32,000 nt of DNA from Candidatus Baldrarchaeota archaeon (GTDB taxonomy: Archaea; Asgardarchaeota; Baldrarchaeia; Baldrarchaeales; DXJG01), in contig DXJG01000009.1 of assembly GCA_019056805.1 (NCBI GenBank), positions 299,473 to 331,472 on the forward strand, given 5' to 3'. The translations under genes were made by a program, and so were the position numbers. Below are positions 1 to 8,658 of the stretch, piece after piece. The notes below the pieces were generated by a model. It searched no databases and was not told where the DNA came from. It saw only the letters and a program-made list of their open reading frames with translations. How positions within the stretch are numbered: the first letter of the stretch is position 1; the number at the start of each line of letters is the position of its first letter.

Positions 1-527
1 AGTGCTGTGGTTAGTATAGCTAGGGCTGTAAATATTGGTGTTAGTCTAATGCCCCATGGAGTATAGTTTAAAATTAATCCTACTAGAGGCACTAAAGCTA
101 AGCTTAATCCTATAGATAAAGCCAATCTCTCTAAAGGTTCCAAGTCTTCCTCTTTTGGATATAAAGTTTCTATCAAGGTGTGTCCCGGTAAGTATAGAAT
201 GAAAAGGGATCCTAAAACATATCTAAGGTATATGTAGGGTGGATCCTGTGGAAGTAGATAAATCGCTGTAGCAGTTAAAGTTATTAAGATTACTATTGTC
301 CAAAACCATGCCCCATATATAGAGAAAACATAACGCGGTAATGTTTTTGGAGGATTAGGATCTTCTATCTCCACTTCTCCCTTTTTCCATAAATCATGAA
401 TATACTTTGCAGCTTCATGCTTCTTTATATGTAGTCTTTCAGCTACCTCTTCCACCATTTCTTTAAGTGTTAGGGTTCTTGTGTGTCGAATTACATTGAG
501 AACCCTTTTTTCCATTTCTTTTTCCAT
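1..527 (-). CDS. DUF1616-type membrane protein (transmembrane half) with N-terminal HTH-like segment; runs off window edge
   Basis: Absent from the ORF track; translated by hand from ATG 527 (GGTGAG RBS at 531-536): MEKEMEKRVLNVIRHTRTLTLKEMVEEVAERL...LYLPGHTLIETLYPKEEDLEPLERLALSIGLSLALVPLVGLILNYTPWGIRLTPIF. LPG..LIE.LYP and ER.ALSIGLSLA.VPL.GLILNYTPWGI are DUF1616 hallmarks. Confidence 0.8.
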   Translation of the reverse strand, partial: MEKEMEKRVLNVIRHTRTLTLKEMVEEVAERLHIKKHEAAKYIHDLWKKGEVEIEDPNPPKTLPRYVFSIYGAWFWTIVILITLTATAIYLLPQDPPYIYLRYVLGSLFILYLPGHTLIETLYPKEEDLEPLERLALSIGLSLALVPLVGLILNYTPWGIRLTPIFTALAILTTA

Positions 528-658
528 AAACTCACCTACAAATAATCGGAATTTGCAAGGTTGTTGATTACATTTTTGTATTATGTGTTATTTTTATATG
601 GTAATAGTAGATTTATGTGTTTATATGCAACGTTGTTGAGAAAGATGGGTGAGGAGAC

Positions 659-1681
659 TTGGATAAAATTATGAGACGTTTATTTGTTGTAACAATTTTA
701 TTTTTCATGTTGACGTTTCAAATTGTTTCTATTATGGCTTTATGTTTACCCCCAAGTTCGCTAAGTAGTGAAAATATATCTAAAGTTGATAATGTCGTTG
801 ATGAGGCTAGAGAAAAGGTTTATGAAGCCTATCGTGCTGTCGTGGATGCTGAAGCTAGTGGTGGTAATGTAACTGGTCTCGTTGATCGTATTAATGAAGC
901 CATCGATCTTGTTAGAAGGGCGGAGAAGATTTCTAAAGATGATCCAGAACAGGCTGCTATTTTAGCTGAAAGAGCTATTAATATTGCTAATGAAGTTTTA
1001 GACGAAGTGGGAATTGTCAAGGAAGAAGGGTTAGCTTTGAGAAGGTTCCGTCTTTTTCTAGGGATTTCTTCTGGCGTCTTATTTGTTTTTTCAGGGTTTT
1101 TGATCTATTTTTATGGTCCTAGAGTTTTTTGGGGTCTCTGGGTTAGGATTAAGGGTGACTGGAAAGTTAGGAAGAGTAGCAGAAGGCCTAGAAAGGGATG
1201 GCTTGTTGATGAAGAAGTTTTTGCTGTCGTTTTAGCCATACTTGTTGTTGTTAGTGTTTTTGCTGTTGCACAAACGTTTTTTGCAGGTAGGGTTGTCGAA
1301 CCCTTTTCTGAACTAGGCGTTCTAGGCCCTTACATGAAAATCGGAGATTATCCAAGGGAAGTTCACATTGGCGAGAAATTTAAGCTCTATATATACGTTG
1401 GGAATCATATGGGTCGTGTCATGTATTACATCGTTTATATAAAGCTAGGAAATCAAAGTATTCCACTCAATTTTACTTATCCTTATCCTGCTCCTATAAT
1501 TGTGGGTTATGAGAGGATTATAATGCATAACGAGTCCTGGATATTTCCTATATACCTATCAATTAATGAAACAGGGATCAATTATAGACTTGTATTTGAA
1601 CTATGGATTTACAACGAGACAACAATGAGTGAACAATTTCATCAAAGAACTTGCCAGCTTTGGCTAAATGTCACAGAATAA
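659..1681 (+). CDS. Membrane protein with C-terminal DUF1616 extracytoplasmic domain
   Basis: GAGGAG RBS before TTG 659 (ATG 671 alternative). N-terminal hydrophobic segment, helical region, two TM helices, then EPFSELGVLGPYMKIGDYPREV..GE.FKLYIYVGNHMG typical of the DUF1616 C-terminal half. Confidence 0.75.
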   Translation: MDKIMRRLFVVTILFFMLTFQIVSIMALCLPPSSLSSENISKVDNVVDEAREKVYEAYRAVVDAEASGGNVTGLVDRINEAIDLVRRAEKISKDDPEQAAILAERAINIANEVLDEVGIVKEEGLALRRFRLFLGISSGVLFVFSGFLIYFYGPRVFWGLWVRIKGDWKVRKSSRRPRKGWLVDEEVFAVVLAILVVVSVFAVAQTFFAGRVVEPFSELGVLGPYMKIGDYPREVHIGEKFKLYIYVGNHMGRVMYYIVYIKLGNQSIPLNFTYPYPAPIIVGYERIIMHNESWIFPIYLSINETGINYRLVFELWIYNETTMSEQFHQRTCQLWLNVTE

Positions 1682-1923
1682 CATAATAATATAATTTCTC
1701 TACTATTTTAGGGAAAGATGTACCGATTTATGTTATAATCAAAAAATTAGAAACTTTGAATGTTGCTGTAAAATTAAGAATTTCTTTAGATTTGTTGAAA
1801 ATTGCTGTTCTTAACGTTGAAAAGTTAAAAGATTTTATTGGAGAATGTTTATGAAAAAATATGACATTTTGGAAGCTTGTTTCTATTTAGTAAGTTTTAT
1901 TTGTAAGGTTTACTTGTGTTGGT

Positions 1924-3483
1924 ATGGTGAGTTGTTTGAAGGTTATTTTAGTTGGGGTGGATGGCGCTACATCTTGGATTATCGAAGAGTTACTTTTCGG
2001 GCTTAGCGGTTTTAATAGGTTAGCAAAAGATGGAATTCTTTGTAATTTGAAAACTACTTTACCGCCTTTGAGTAGTTGTGCTTGGGCTAGTATTTATACA
2101 GGTGTTAAGCCTAGTAGGCATGGTATGTTTGATTTTGTTGGTGTTGAGCACGATTATAACGTTAGAGGCTTAGGCTTTGTTAACGGTTTAAAATTTCCTG
2201 TTTTTTGGAGTTTGCTTGGAAAATTCGGGTTTAAAAGTGTTGTTGTGAATCCTCCAATGGTCTATCCAGCCTTTAAAGTTAATGGTGTTTTGGTTTCAGG
2301 TTGGCCTTCTCCTAGAGTATCTGTTTATCCTGATAGGTTTAGAAGAGTTTTGAAAGAAGTTGGATATAAGATTGATGTTGATGGTTTAGAAGGTCGTTTT
2401 AGGAAAGATCCAGATGCTACTGTTGACGATTTAGTTGAAACTGCTAAAACTCGTGGTGAGGCATGTTTAAGACTTGCTGAGGAGGTTGGAGACTGGAACT
2501 TGTTGTTTCCTGTTTTTACCGTTTGTGATCGGATTCAGCATTTTGCCTTGGGGCGTAAAGAATGGAAAAAATGGGTTTTAAAGGCTTATAGAGTTGTTGA
2601 TGAATTTATTCAGCAAGCTTTGAATTTGTTAAAGGAAGAAGAAGGTCTGTTATTCGTTGTTTCTGATCATGGTTTTCAACCAATTAGAAAATCTTTTCTT
2701 ATAAATTCTTGGCTTGTAAAAACGGGTTTCGCTAAATTGAGATATAGTCGTTTTCGTTCTTTAATTAGAGAATACATTGTTAATAATATTAATTTGAGAA
2801 CTATTTATTGGGGAGCTTCCAACCGAAGACTCGCTACCCTAGTTGGAAAGATTGGTAGTTTGTTTTTGGGCGGGGCTCCTTTACATGGAAGGTTTAGTGT
2901 AAATGATTTCATTTTAAGGAAGACTTTAGCTTTTGCCTCTGGTACTATTAGTCCTACTACTTTCATTTGGATTAATGATGAAAGGTTTAAACAATTTGCT
3001 GTTGAAAAATCGAAGAAATCTGATATAAGAGAAAAAATTGTGGACGGTCTTTTTAAAGTTAAGGATCAGAGTGGTATAGCGATAGTTAGAGATGTTGTGG
3101 AGGTTGAAAATCTTTATACTGGTAATGGTAAAGGAGATATGGTTTCTCCTGATTTAATGGTTGTTGCTAACGACGGATATACTATTGATCCTTGGTATGT
3201 TAGTTCAGGCTATGTGGTTAATCCTAGTGTTTATAGACATGGAGACCATAGTTTTGAAGGAGTTTTTGCCGCCTTAGGGCCATCTCTTAACGATATGAAA
3301 AACTTTAACACTTGCGGCGTCGTTGATATAGCTCCCACGATTTTAAGTCTCTTTAAGATCCCTATTCCCTCTTGGATGAGCGGAGAACCCCTAACTAGAA
3401 TTAACTCGCATTCTGAAGCAAATTTAAAGAATAGATTAAAGCTTAAAGCAAAAATTGTCGAGAAAAAACTTTATGGCTGCTAA
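1924..3483 (+). CDS. Alkaline phosphatase superfamily protein (NPP/type I phosphodiesterase-like), paralog 1, Ser at nucleophile position
   Basis: GVDGA metal Asp, TLPPLSSCAW...TG..P..HG nucleophile region, DRIQH, VVSDHGF, HGDH, DIAPTIL. No signal peptide. Confidence 0.88.
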   Translation: MVSCLKVILVGVDGATSWIIEELLFGLSGFNRLAKDGILCNLKTTLPPLSSCAWASIYTGVKPSRHGMFDFVGVEHDYNVRGLGFVNGLKFPVFWSLLGKFGFKSVVVNPPMVYPAFKVNGVLVSGWPSPRVSVYPDRFRRVLKEVGYKIDVDGLEGRFRKDPDATVDDLVETAKTRGEACLRLAEEVGDWNLLFPVFTVCDRIQHFALGRKEWKKWVLKAYRVVDEFIQQALNLLKEEEGLLFVVSDHGFQPIRKSFLINSWLVKTGFAKLRYSRFRSLIREYIVNNINLRTIYWGASNRRLATLVGKIGSLFLGGAPLHGRFSVNDFILRKTLAFASGTISPTTFIWINDERFKQFAVEKSKKSDIREKIVDGLFKVKDQSGIAIVRDVVEVENLYTGNGKGDMVSPDLMVVANDGYTIDPWYVSSGYVVNPSVYRHGDHSFEGVFAALGPSLNDMKNFNTCGVVDIAPTILSLFKIPIPSWMSGEPLTRINSHSEANLKNRLKLKAKIVEKKLYGC

Positions 3484-3493
3484 CCGAGAAACT

Positions 3494-3507
3494 TATAATC
3501 CATTATA
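3494..3507. promoter_or_regulatory. Inverted repeat TATAAT-cc-ATTATA upstream of RHH gene 1 (possible operator/TATA region)
   Basis: 6-bp inverted repeat with 2-bp spacer in the 68-bp intergenic gap; AT-rich, so could be chance. Confidence 0.3.
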
Positions 3508-3551
3508 CCTCACAATATTTCATGTAAATTTAGGAATTCAGGTTTGGGAGG

Positions 3552-3779
3552 TTGATTGTTTTGTCAGAAGATAAGGTCGCTGTTTATATCTCTAAAGATC
3601 TATATGAGGAAATTAAGAAACGTGTTGACTCAAGCGGTGGAGAATTCAAAAGCGTCGAAGAATACGTGGAATTTGTTTTGAGCGAGATCGTAAAGGAGGA
3701 AGAAGAGGAAGAATTTGAATATAGCCCCGAAGAAGAAGAAAAAATAAAGGAAAGGTTACGAGGACTAGGATACCTTTAA
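3552..3779 (+). CDS. CopG/ribbon-helix-helix protein with acidic RLRGLGYL tail (RHH-1)
   Basis: VAVYISKDLYEEIKKRV...FKSVEEYVEFVLSEIV is an RHH pattern; tail EEEEKIKERLRGLGYL. GGGAGG RBS at 3546-3551 suggests the true start is TTG 3561. Confidence 0.8.
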   Translation: MIVLSEDKVAVYISKDLYEEIKKRVDSSGGEFKSVEEYVEFVLSEIVKEEEEEEFEYSPEEEEKIKERLRGLGYL

Positions 3780-3803
3780 CATAATAATCAAAATGAACGT
3801 ACA

Positions 3804-4325
3804 CTACACATATTTTAATTCTGTTAATTTTTCCAAAATTTTTTGAACACATTGCTCTGGTGTATCATTTTCCGTATCAACTATTACCTCTGGATTTTCA
3901 GGTTCCTCATATGGATCCGATATTCCTGTGAAGTTTTTTATTTCTCCTTGTATGGCTTTTTTGTAAAGGCCTTTTGGATCCCTTTGGATACATGTTTCCA
4001 CAGAACATTTCACGTAAACTTCAATGAACTTTTCTATTATGCTTCTAGCATAGTCTCTCATTGCCCTATATGGTGAAACTAAACTTACAATAACTGCTAC
4101 TCCGTGTTTAGCTAGCATTTTAGCTAAATATGCTACTCTTCTTCCATGTTTTAATCTGTCTTCCTTTGAAAAACCTAAGTCTTGACTTAAACCTTTTCTT
4201 AGCTCATCTCCATCAAGTACTTCAGTATCCCAACCAAGTTCTCTTAATTTTTCCTCAAGTTTTCTTGCAATAGTTGTTTTACCCGATGCTGGCAATCCCG
4301 TTAACCAAACAACAAATCCCCTCAT
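3804..4325 (-). CDS. cysC: Adenylyl-sulfate (APS) kinase
   Basis: WLTGLPASGKTT P-loop, LDGD, LGFSKEDR, SLVSPY, RDPKGLYKKA, FTGISDPYEEP. ATG 4325 directly follows the stop of the upstream gene (ORF track starts at GTG 4334). Confidence 0.96.
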   Translation of the reverse strand: MRGFVVWLTGLPASGKTTIARKLEEKLRELGWDTEVLDGDELRKGLSQDLGFSKEDRLKHGRRVAYLAKMLAKHGVAVIVSLVSPYRAMRDYARSIIEKFIEVYVKCSVETCIQRDPKGLYKKAIQGEIKNFTGISDPYEEPENPEVIVDTENDTPEQCVQKILEKLTELKYV

Positions 4326-4326
4326 T

Positions 4327-5712
4327 CTATACACCCTCTACTACCTTTCCCTCCATATCTCCTGGTGGTTCTATCTCTAAAAGTCTTAGAATTGTAGGAG
4401 CTACGTCAAGTATATCTATATCTATTTTCTTCCCACCAAAATTTTGGTTTGGATCATAAATTATGTGTATTCCGTATTGACTATGTACAGCATCATCTGG
4501 TCCAGTGTCATTCTCCGGTAAATAAACTGTATTGTGTCCTATTGTTCCTGCCGACCTCCAATATAAGTCGTCAAAGAAAACCATGAGATCCGGCGGTTCA
4601 CCATTTATTTCTGGGTAATATTCCTCAGGTTTTATTACCTTTGTTTCTAGTTTTTCACCACTAGGTCCACGTATATTCTCTATTTTTTCTGCTAGTTCAT
4701 CTCTTACATCTTCGTACTCCTCAGGTTTTATTATTCCTTGTGGCTCTCTACCTTCTACATTTAGGAAGATTCTTGCGTAATAGCCTCCCCATCCCCATGC
4801 TATGGTTTTTTTCCAATCTACTTCTGCTTTCTCCAGCCGTATTTTTTGTTCAGGGTATTTCTTTAGGGTTAGGTAGCCTTCTTTTATTAGCCACTCATTT
4901 ATACATAGTGCCCCTTTCATTCTCTTTGCTCCATGATCGGAAACAACAACAATCTTCGTGTTTTTTGGAATTATTTTTAGAAGCTCTTCAATTTGCTGAT
5001 CTAGGCATTTATAGTAGTTCAAGATTGCATCGCTATATTTGCTATGTGGTTCGTATAAATGGTGTTCTGGGTCAAAGAATTTCCAAAAGGCATGTTGAAC
5101 ACGATCCAACCCTATTTCTACAAACATGAAAAAGTCCCATTTCTTATTTTTAAGCAAGTACTTTATTAATTTGAAGCGTTTTTCTGTCATCTCGTATAGT
5201 CCTTTTAATAATTTGTCTCTTTCCTCTGTTCTAAACGGTATGTCAAAAATATAGTTTCCTACTACTTTTTCGATTTCTTCTTTAAGTTCTGGAGGATATG
5301 TGTATTGTTTCGCATTCGTAGGGGTAATGAAGCAGGATATAAGGTAACCGTTGAGAGGCTTCGGTGGATAGGTTGGTGGTACTCCAATAACTATGGATCT
5401 TTTACCCTTTTCGCTAAGTATGTTCCATACGGTTTTTTCTTTGATTTTTTGGTAGTTAGCTATCCATATATCCGTGTATGAATAGTTTTTGCGATGTCTA
5501 AACCCATATATCCCTAGTTTTCCAGGGTTTTTGCTTGTTGACATTACCATCCAAGCTGGAATCGTAATCGGTGGAACACAACTTTTCATTTTTCCATATA
5601 TTCCATTCTCTACAAGGCTTTTGATGTTTGGTAGTTCATCTAGAAACGCATCAAAAAGTAGTTCAGGTGGCGCTGCGTCTAAACCAATAACTAAAACTTT
5701 TGGTTCACTCAT
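4327..5712 (-). CDS. Alkaline phosphatase superfamily protein (NPP-like), paralog 2, Thr at nucleophile position
   Basis: IGLDAA, SCVPPITIPAW, DRVQH, VVSDHG, DAVHSQYG, DVAPTIL. No signal peptide. Lies between sat and cysC in one operon. Confidence 0.9.
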   Translation of the reverse strand: MSEPKVLVIGLDAAPPELLFDAFLDELPNIKSLVENGIYGKMKSCVPPITIPAWMVMSTSKNPGKLGIYGFRHRKNYSYTDIWIANYQKIKEKTVWNILSEKGKRSIVIGVPPTYPPKPLNGYLISCFITPTNAKQYTYPPELKEEIEKVVGNYIFDIPFRTEERDKLLKGLYEMTEKRFKLIKYLLKNKKWDFFMFVEIGLDRVQHAFWKFFDPEHHLYEPHSKYSDAILNYYKCLDQQIEELLKIIPKNTKIVVVSDHGAKRMKGALCINEWLIKEGYLTLKKYPEQKIRLEKAEVDWKKTIAWGWGGYYARIFLNVEGREPQGIIKPEEYEDVRDELAEKIENIRGPSGEKLETKVIKPEEYYPEINGEPPDLMVFFDDLYWRSAGTIGHNTVYLPENDTGPDDAVHSQYGIHIIYDPNQNFGGKKIDIDILDVAPTILRLLEIEPPGDMEGKVVEGV

Positions 5713-5727
5713 TACATTCGCCTTCTG

Positions 5728-6888
5728 TTACTCAACAAATGGATTTTTCCATTTTAAAATTATTTCTGATATTTCTGGCCTCATTATTTCTTTTGGTGGT
5801 TTTTTGCCTTGTTGTAAGAGCTTTCTTATCACCGTCCCGCTAAATCTTACACGGTATTCTTCTGGGTGTGGACATGTTTTTTCATTCGCCATACCGCCAC
5901 ATTTTTTACATATGAAGAATTCTTTGAAAAATATGGGAATTATTCCTAAGTCTGGGAATTCATCAAATATTTCTTGGGCAGCATATGGTGGGTAAAAGTT
6001 TCCCACTCCTGCATGATCTCTTCCTACTATGAAATGAGTGCATCCAAAGTTTTTCCTTACAATAGCATGAAATATTGCTTCTCTAGGCCCTGCATACCTC
6101 ATTTCTGTTCGTAGTATTGCTAAAACTGCTCTATCTTTAAGATAATAATGTTTTATTAGTTCTTCGTAAGCTGCTAGAATTACCTCATCTTTGAAATCTC
6201 CCTTCTTTTTTCTCCCTATTACCGGATTTATGAATAGTCCATCCGTGAATGTTAGGGCAGTTTTTTGTACATATTCGTGTCCTGTATGTGGAGCATTTCT
6301 TGTTTGGAACCCTACTATTGTTCTCCATCCTCTTTCCTTGAAAAGTAGTCTCGTTTCCACAGGCCATAATGTATATTTATAGTATGGATTTGCTGAATGG
6401 TCTATTAGGTCTATTTTTCCTCCTAGAAGTTTTTCTTTCATTCCATATGTTTTTGCTACTCCTGGATGCGCTGGGTCTTTTATCCCAAACACTTTTTCTA
6501 CATGTTTTTCTTTATCGTAATCATATACTTCCTCCACATGTAGTATGGCTATGAGCTTTTCTTCTTCAAGGCAAATTATTGTTATGTTATCGCCCTCTTT
6601 TACTGTTTTTATCTCTTCTTCGTCAACATCTATCACTATGGGTATTGTCCAAGGAAGATCGTTAGATAGTCTCATATTTTCCAATACATTCAAGTAATCT
6701 TCTTGTATCATTGGGCCCTCTAGTGGACTGAAGACGCCATGAGCAATGTTTTCTATATCTTTGATGTATTCGCTTGGTAATTTTATTTTTGGTAGTTCTA
6801 GTGCTTCTTTCAATCTTCTATCTCTTTCCTTGCCTTTTAACACTCTATTTATGAGTCTCCCTCCGTGTGGCGGTGGCATTTTCGTCAT
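5728..6888 (-). CDS. sat: Sulfate adenylyltransferase (ATP sulfurylase)
   Basis: PHGGRL, FSPLEG, FQTRNAPHTGHEY, MRYAGPREA.FHAIVRKNFGCTHFIVGRDHAGVG, and CKKC...CPH Zn site of the thermophilic type. Confidence 0.97.
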   Translation of the reverse strand: MTKMPPPHGGRLINRVLKGKERDRRLKEALELPKIKLPSEYIKDIENIAHGVFSPLEGPMIQEDYLNVLENMRLSNDLPWTIPIVIDVDEEEIKTVKEGDNITIICLEEEKLIAILHVEEVYDYDKEKHVEKVFGIKDPAHPGVAKTYGMKEKLLGGKIDLIDHSANPYYKYTLWPVETRLLFKERGWRTIVGFQTRNAPHTGHEYVQKTALTFTDGLFINPVIGRKKKGDFKDEVILAAYEELIKHYYLKDRAVLAILRTEMRYAGPREAIFHAIVRKNFGCTHFIVGRDHAGVGNFYPPYAAQEIFDEFPDLGIIPIFFKEFFICKKCGGMANEKTCPHPEEYRVRFSGTVIRKLLQQGKKPPKEIMRPEISEIILKWKNPFVE

Positions 6889-6895
6889 ACTCCTT

Positions 6896-7138
6896 TTAAT
6901 CTATGTAACCAAGAGCTCTTAGTCTTTCTTTTATTTCTTCCTCCTCTTCCTCCGAAAATACTTCTTTCTCTTCTTCCAGTTTTGCAAGGTATTCTCTTAT
7001 TATGTGGGTTACCAAGCTTGAAACCGAAGAAAACTCTGTTTCCTTGACTTTTTCTTCAAGTTTTTTATATAGAGATGTTGGTATTAGAATTGAGGTGAAA
7101 TTTTTGCTTTTTGTTTTTTCTTCGGTCAATTTCATCAT
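6896..7138 (-). CDS. CopG/ribbon-helix-helix protein with acidic RLRALGYID tail (RHH-2)
   Basis: FTSILIPTSLYKKLEEKV...FSSVSSLVTHIIREYL is an RHH pattern; tail EEEEEEIKERLRALGYID; 7 bp upstream of sat. Confidence 0.82.
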   Translation of the reverse strand: MMKLTEEKTKSKNFTSILIPTSLYKKLEEKVKETEFSSVSSLVTHIIREYLAKLEEEKEVFSEEEEEEIKERLRALGYID

Positions 7139-7145
7139 CCTTTAT

Positions 7146-7220
7146 TTTTGTAGTGGATTTACAAAACGACCATATAAACCTCACGGTTATATACATGAAA
7201 ATTCACGTATATATACGTGA
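7146..7220. promoter_or_regulatory. Three tandem inverted repeats, including a perfect 18-bp palindrome TCACGTATATATACGTGA (7203-7220)
   Basis: TTTTGTA/TACAAAA (7146-7152/7160-7166), ATATAAACC/GGTTATAT (7172-7180/7185-7192, one-base mismatch in length) and the perfect palindrome, all within the 86-bp gap upstream of RHH-2-sat. Minus-strand TTTATATG TATA-like box near 7172-7179. Confidence 0.6.
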
Positions 7221-7224
7221 TGGA

Positions 7225-8598
7225 TTAAGAAGTAAAAATCTGTTGAATAGGTTTCCCATCCATATAATTTGGTATTGGAACTTGTAATATCTTTAATATT
7301 GTTGGCGTCAAGTCGTAAAGATTAGCTTCAACTTCTAAGCCTTCAGGAATACCGTGTCCTAGTATAGCTAATATTCCTGGTACGTCTCTTGGATCATGTG
7401 TTCCATCATGTCCTCCATTCCACTTTTCAGACTTTACAATACATTTTTGAGTTTTATATTCCTTTGATTTGCCTCTACTTGCCTGCCAACCTGAATTAAA
7501 AAGTATTATTAGATCTGGGGCCTCCTCTACATAAGGCCCCCAATATACGTCTCGTGTAGCCACATACTTCACTACTTTTTGCCCATCTACCTCTATCTTC
7601 TCTAAATTTTTCTTAATTTTTTGCAGAATCTCTCCGTATTCTTCAGGTTTTATTTTCCCTTGCGGTTCTCTCCCCTTCAAATTTAACCATACATCTCCAT
7701 ACTCATACGCAACCGCCACACTACCTTCAACATCTATTTCTCCCTTAACATCTCCCTTTAGGAAACCTTGTTTATGTAGTAAGCAATTAACTAATACCTC
7801 ACTATGCACCGGACAGAAACCGTGATCAGAAAGCAAAATAAACAAAGTTTCCTCAAGATCTATATTCTCCAGAAACCTAGAAATAATTACATCCATTTTT
7901 TGATAATATCTCTTAACTTTCTCTGTAAACTCATTCTTCTCATATTCTGGATGTCTTTCATCCACATATTTCCAGAAAAAGTGCTGTATACGATCTGTAC
8001 CCATAAACACCGTTATAAAAAAATCCCATTCTTCTTCCTCAAGTAAAAATAAGCTTATATCCATTTGTATATCAGTTATTTCATCTACTCTTTCAAAAAA
8101 CTTGTCCGGTTCCTCCTTAACCCTTTCGAGTAGCTTTATTTCCACATCACCTTTAAACTGTTTAATTCCGAATTTGCCTTGTAATTTTTCTTTTATTTTG
8201 GTTGGATACGGTATCCCTTCATTTTTTGCTAGAAATCCTGGTATTATGAATCCGTTTAACTCTTCTGTTCTTGCCATGGGGACATTTATTACACCCACTT
8301 TTTTGTCATGTTCACTTAATATTTTCCATAGAGTTTTTGTTTTTATTTTATCAGGAGTATTCACTTTTCTTTTGTATGTCCCCTTTTCTCTTGTCATAAA
8401 GCTGAATATTCCATGCTTCCCCGGGTTTACTCCCGTCATAAAAGTTGTCCATGCCACCGGAGTTTGTGCTGGTAACGGCGGTATCGTTCTACCCATTATC
8501 CCCTGCTTTTTTATTTTTCTTAGAGCTGGCAGCGTCTCTATCCATTTTTCTACCAATATAGGTGACAAACCATCTGAGCCAATTACTAAGACCCTCAT
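7225..8598 (-). CDS. Alkaline phosphatase superfamily protein (NPP-like), paralog 3, Thr at nucleophile position
   Basis: IGSDGL, PAQTPVAW..FMTG.NPGKHG, DRIQH, LSDHGF, GGHDG, DLTPTIL. GGGAG RBS; no signal peptide. Confidence 0.9.
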   Translation of the reverse strand: MRVLVIGSDGLSPILVEKWIETLPALRKIKKQGIMGRTIPPLPAQTPVAWTTFMTGVNPGKHGIFSFMTREKGTYKRKVNTPDKIKTKTLWKILSEHDKKVGVINVPMARTEELNGFIIPGFLAKNEGIPYPTKIKEKLQGKFGIKQFKGDVEIKLLERVKEEPDKFFERVDEITDIQMDISLFLLEEEEWDFFITVFMGTDRIQHFFWKYVDERHPEYEKNEFTEKVKRYYQKMDVIISRFLENIDLEETLFILLSDHGFCPVHSEVLVNCLLHKQGFLKGDVKGEIDVEGSVAVAYEYGDVWLNLKGREPQGKIKPEEYGEILQKIKKNLEKIEVDGQKVVKYVATRDVYWGPYVEEAPDLIILFNSGWQASRGKSKEYKTQKCIVKSEKWNGGHDGTHDPRDVPGILAILGHGIPEGLEVEANLYDLTPTILKILQVPIPNYMDGKPIQQIFTS

Positions 8599-8658
8599 TT
8601 TCCAACTCCCTTAAATGATCAAGTACAACCCACGCTTAGGGCGAAACAATTAAATATA

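Noticed and set aside
1924-8598. AlkP paralogs as formylglycine-dependent sulfatases
   Set aside because: No C/S-x-P-x-R signature and no maturation enzyme in the window; motifs are NPP-like.
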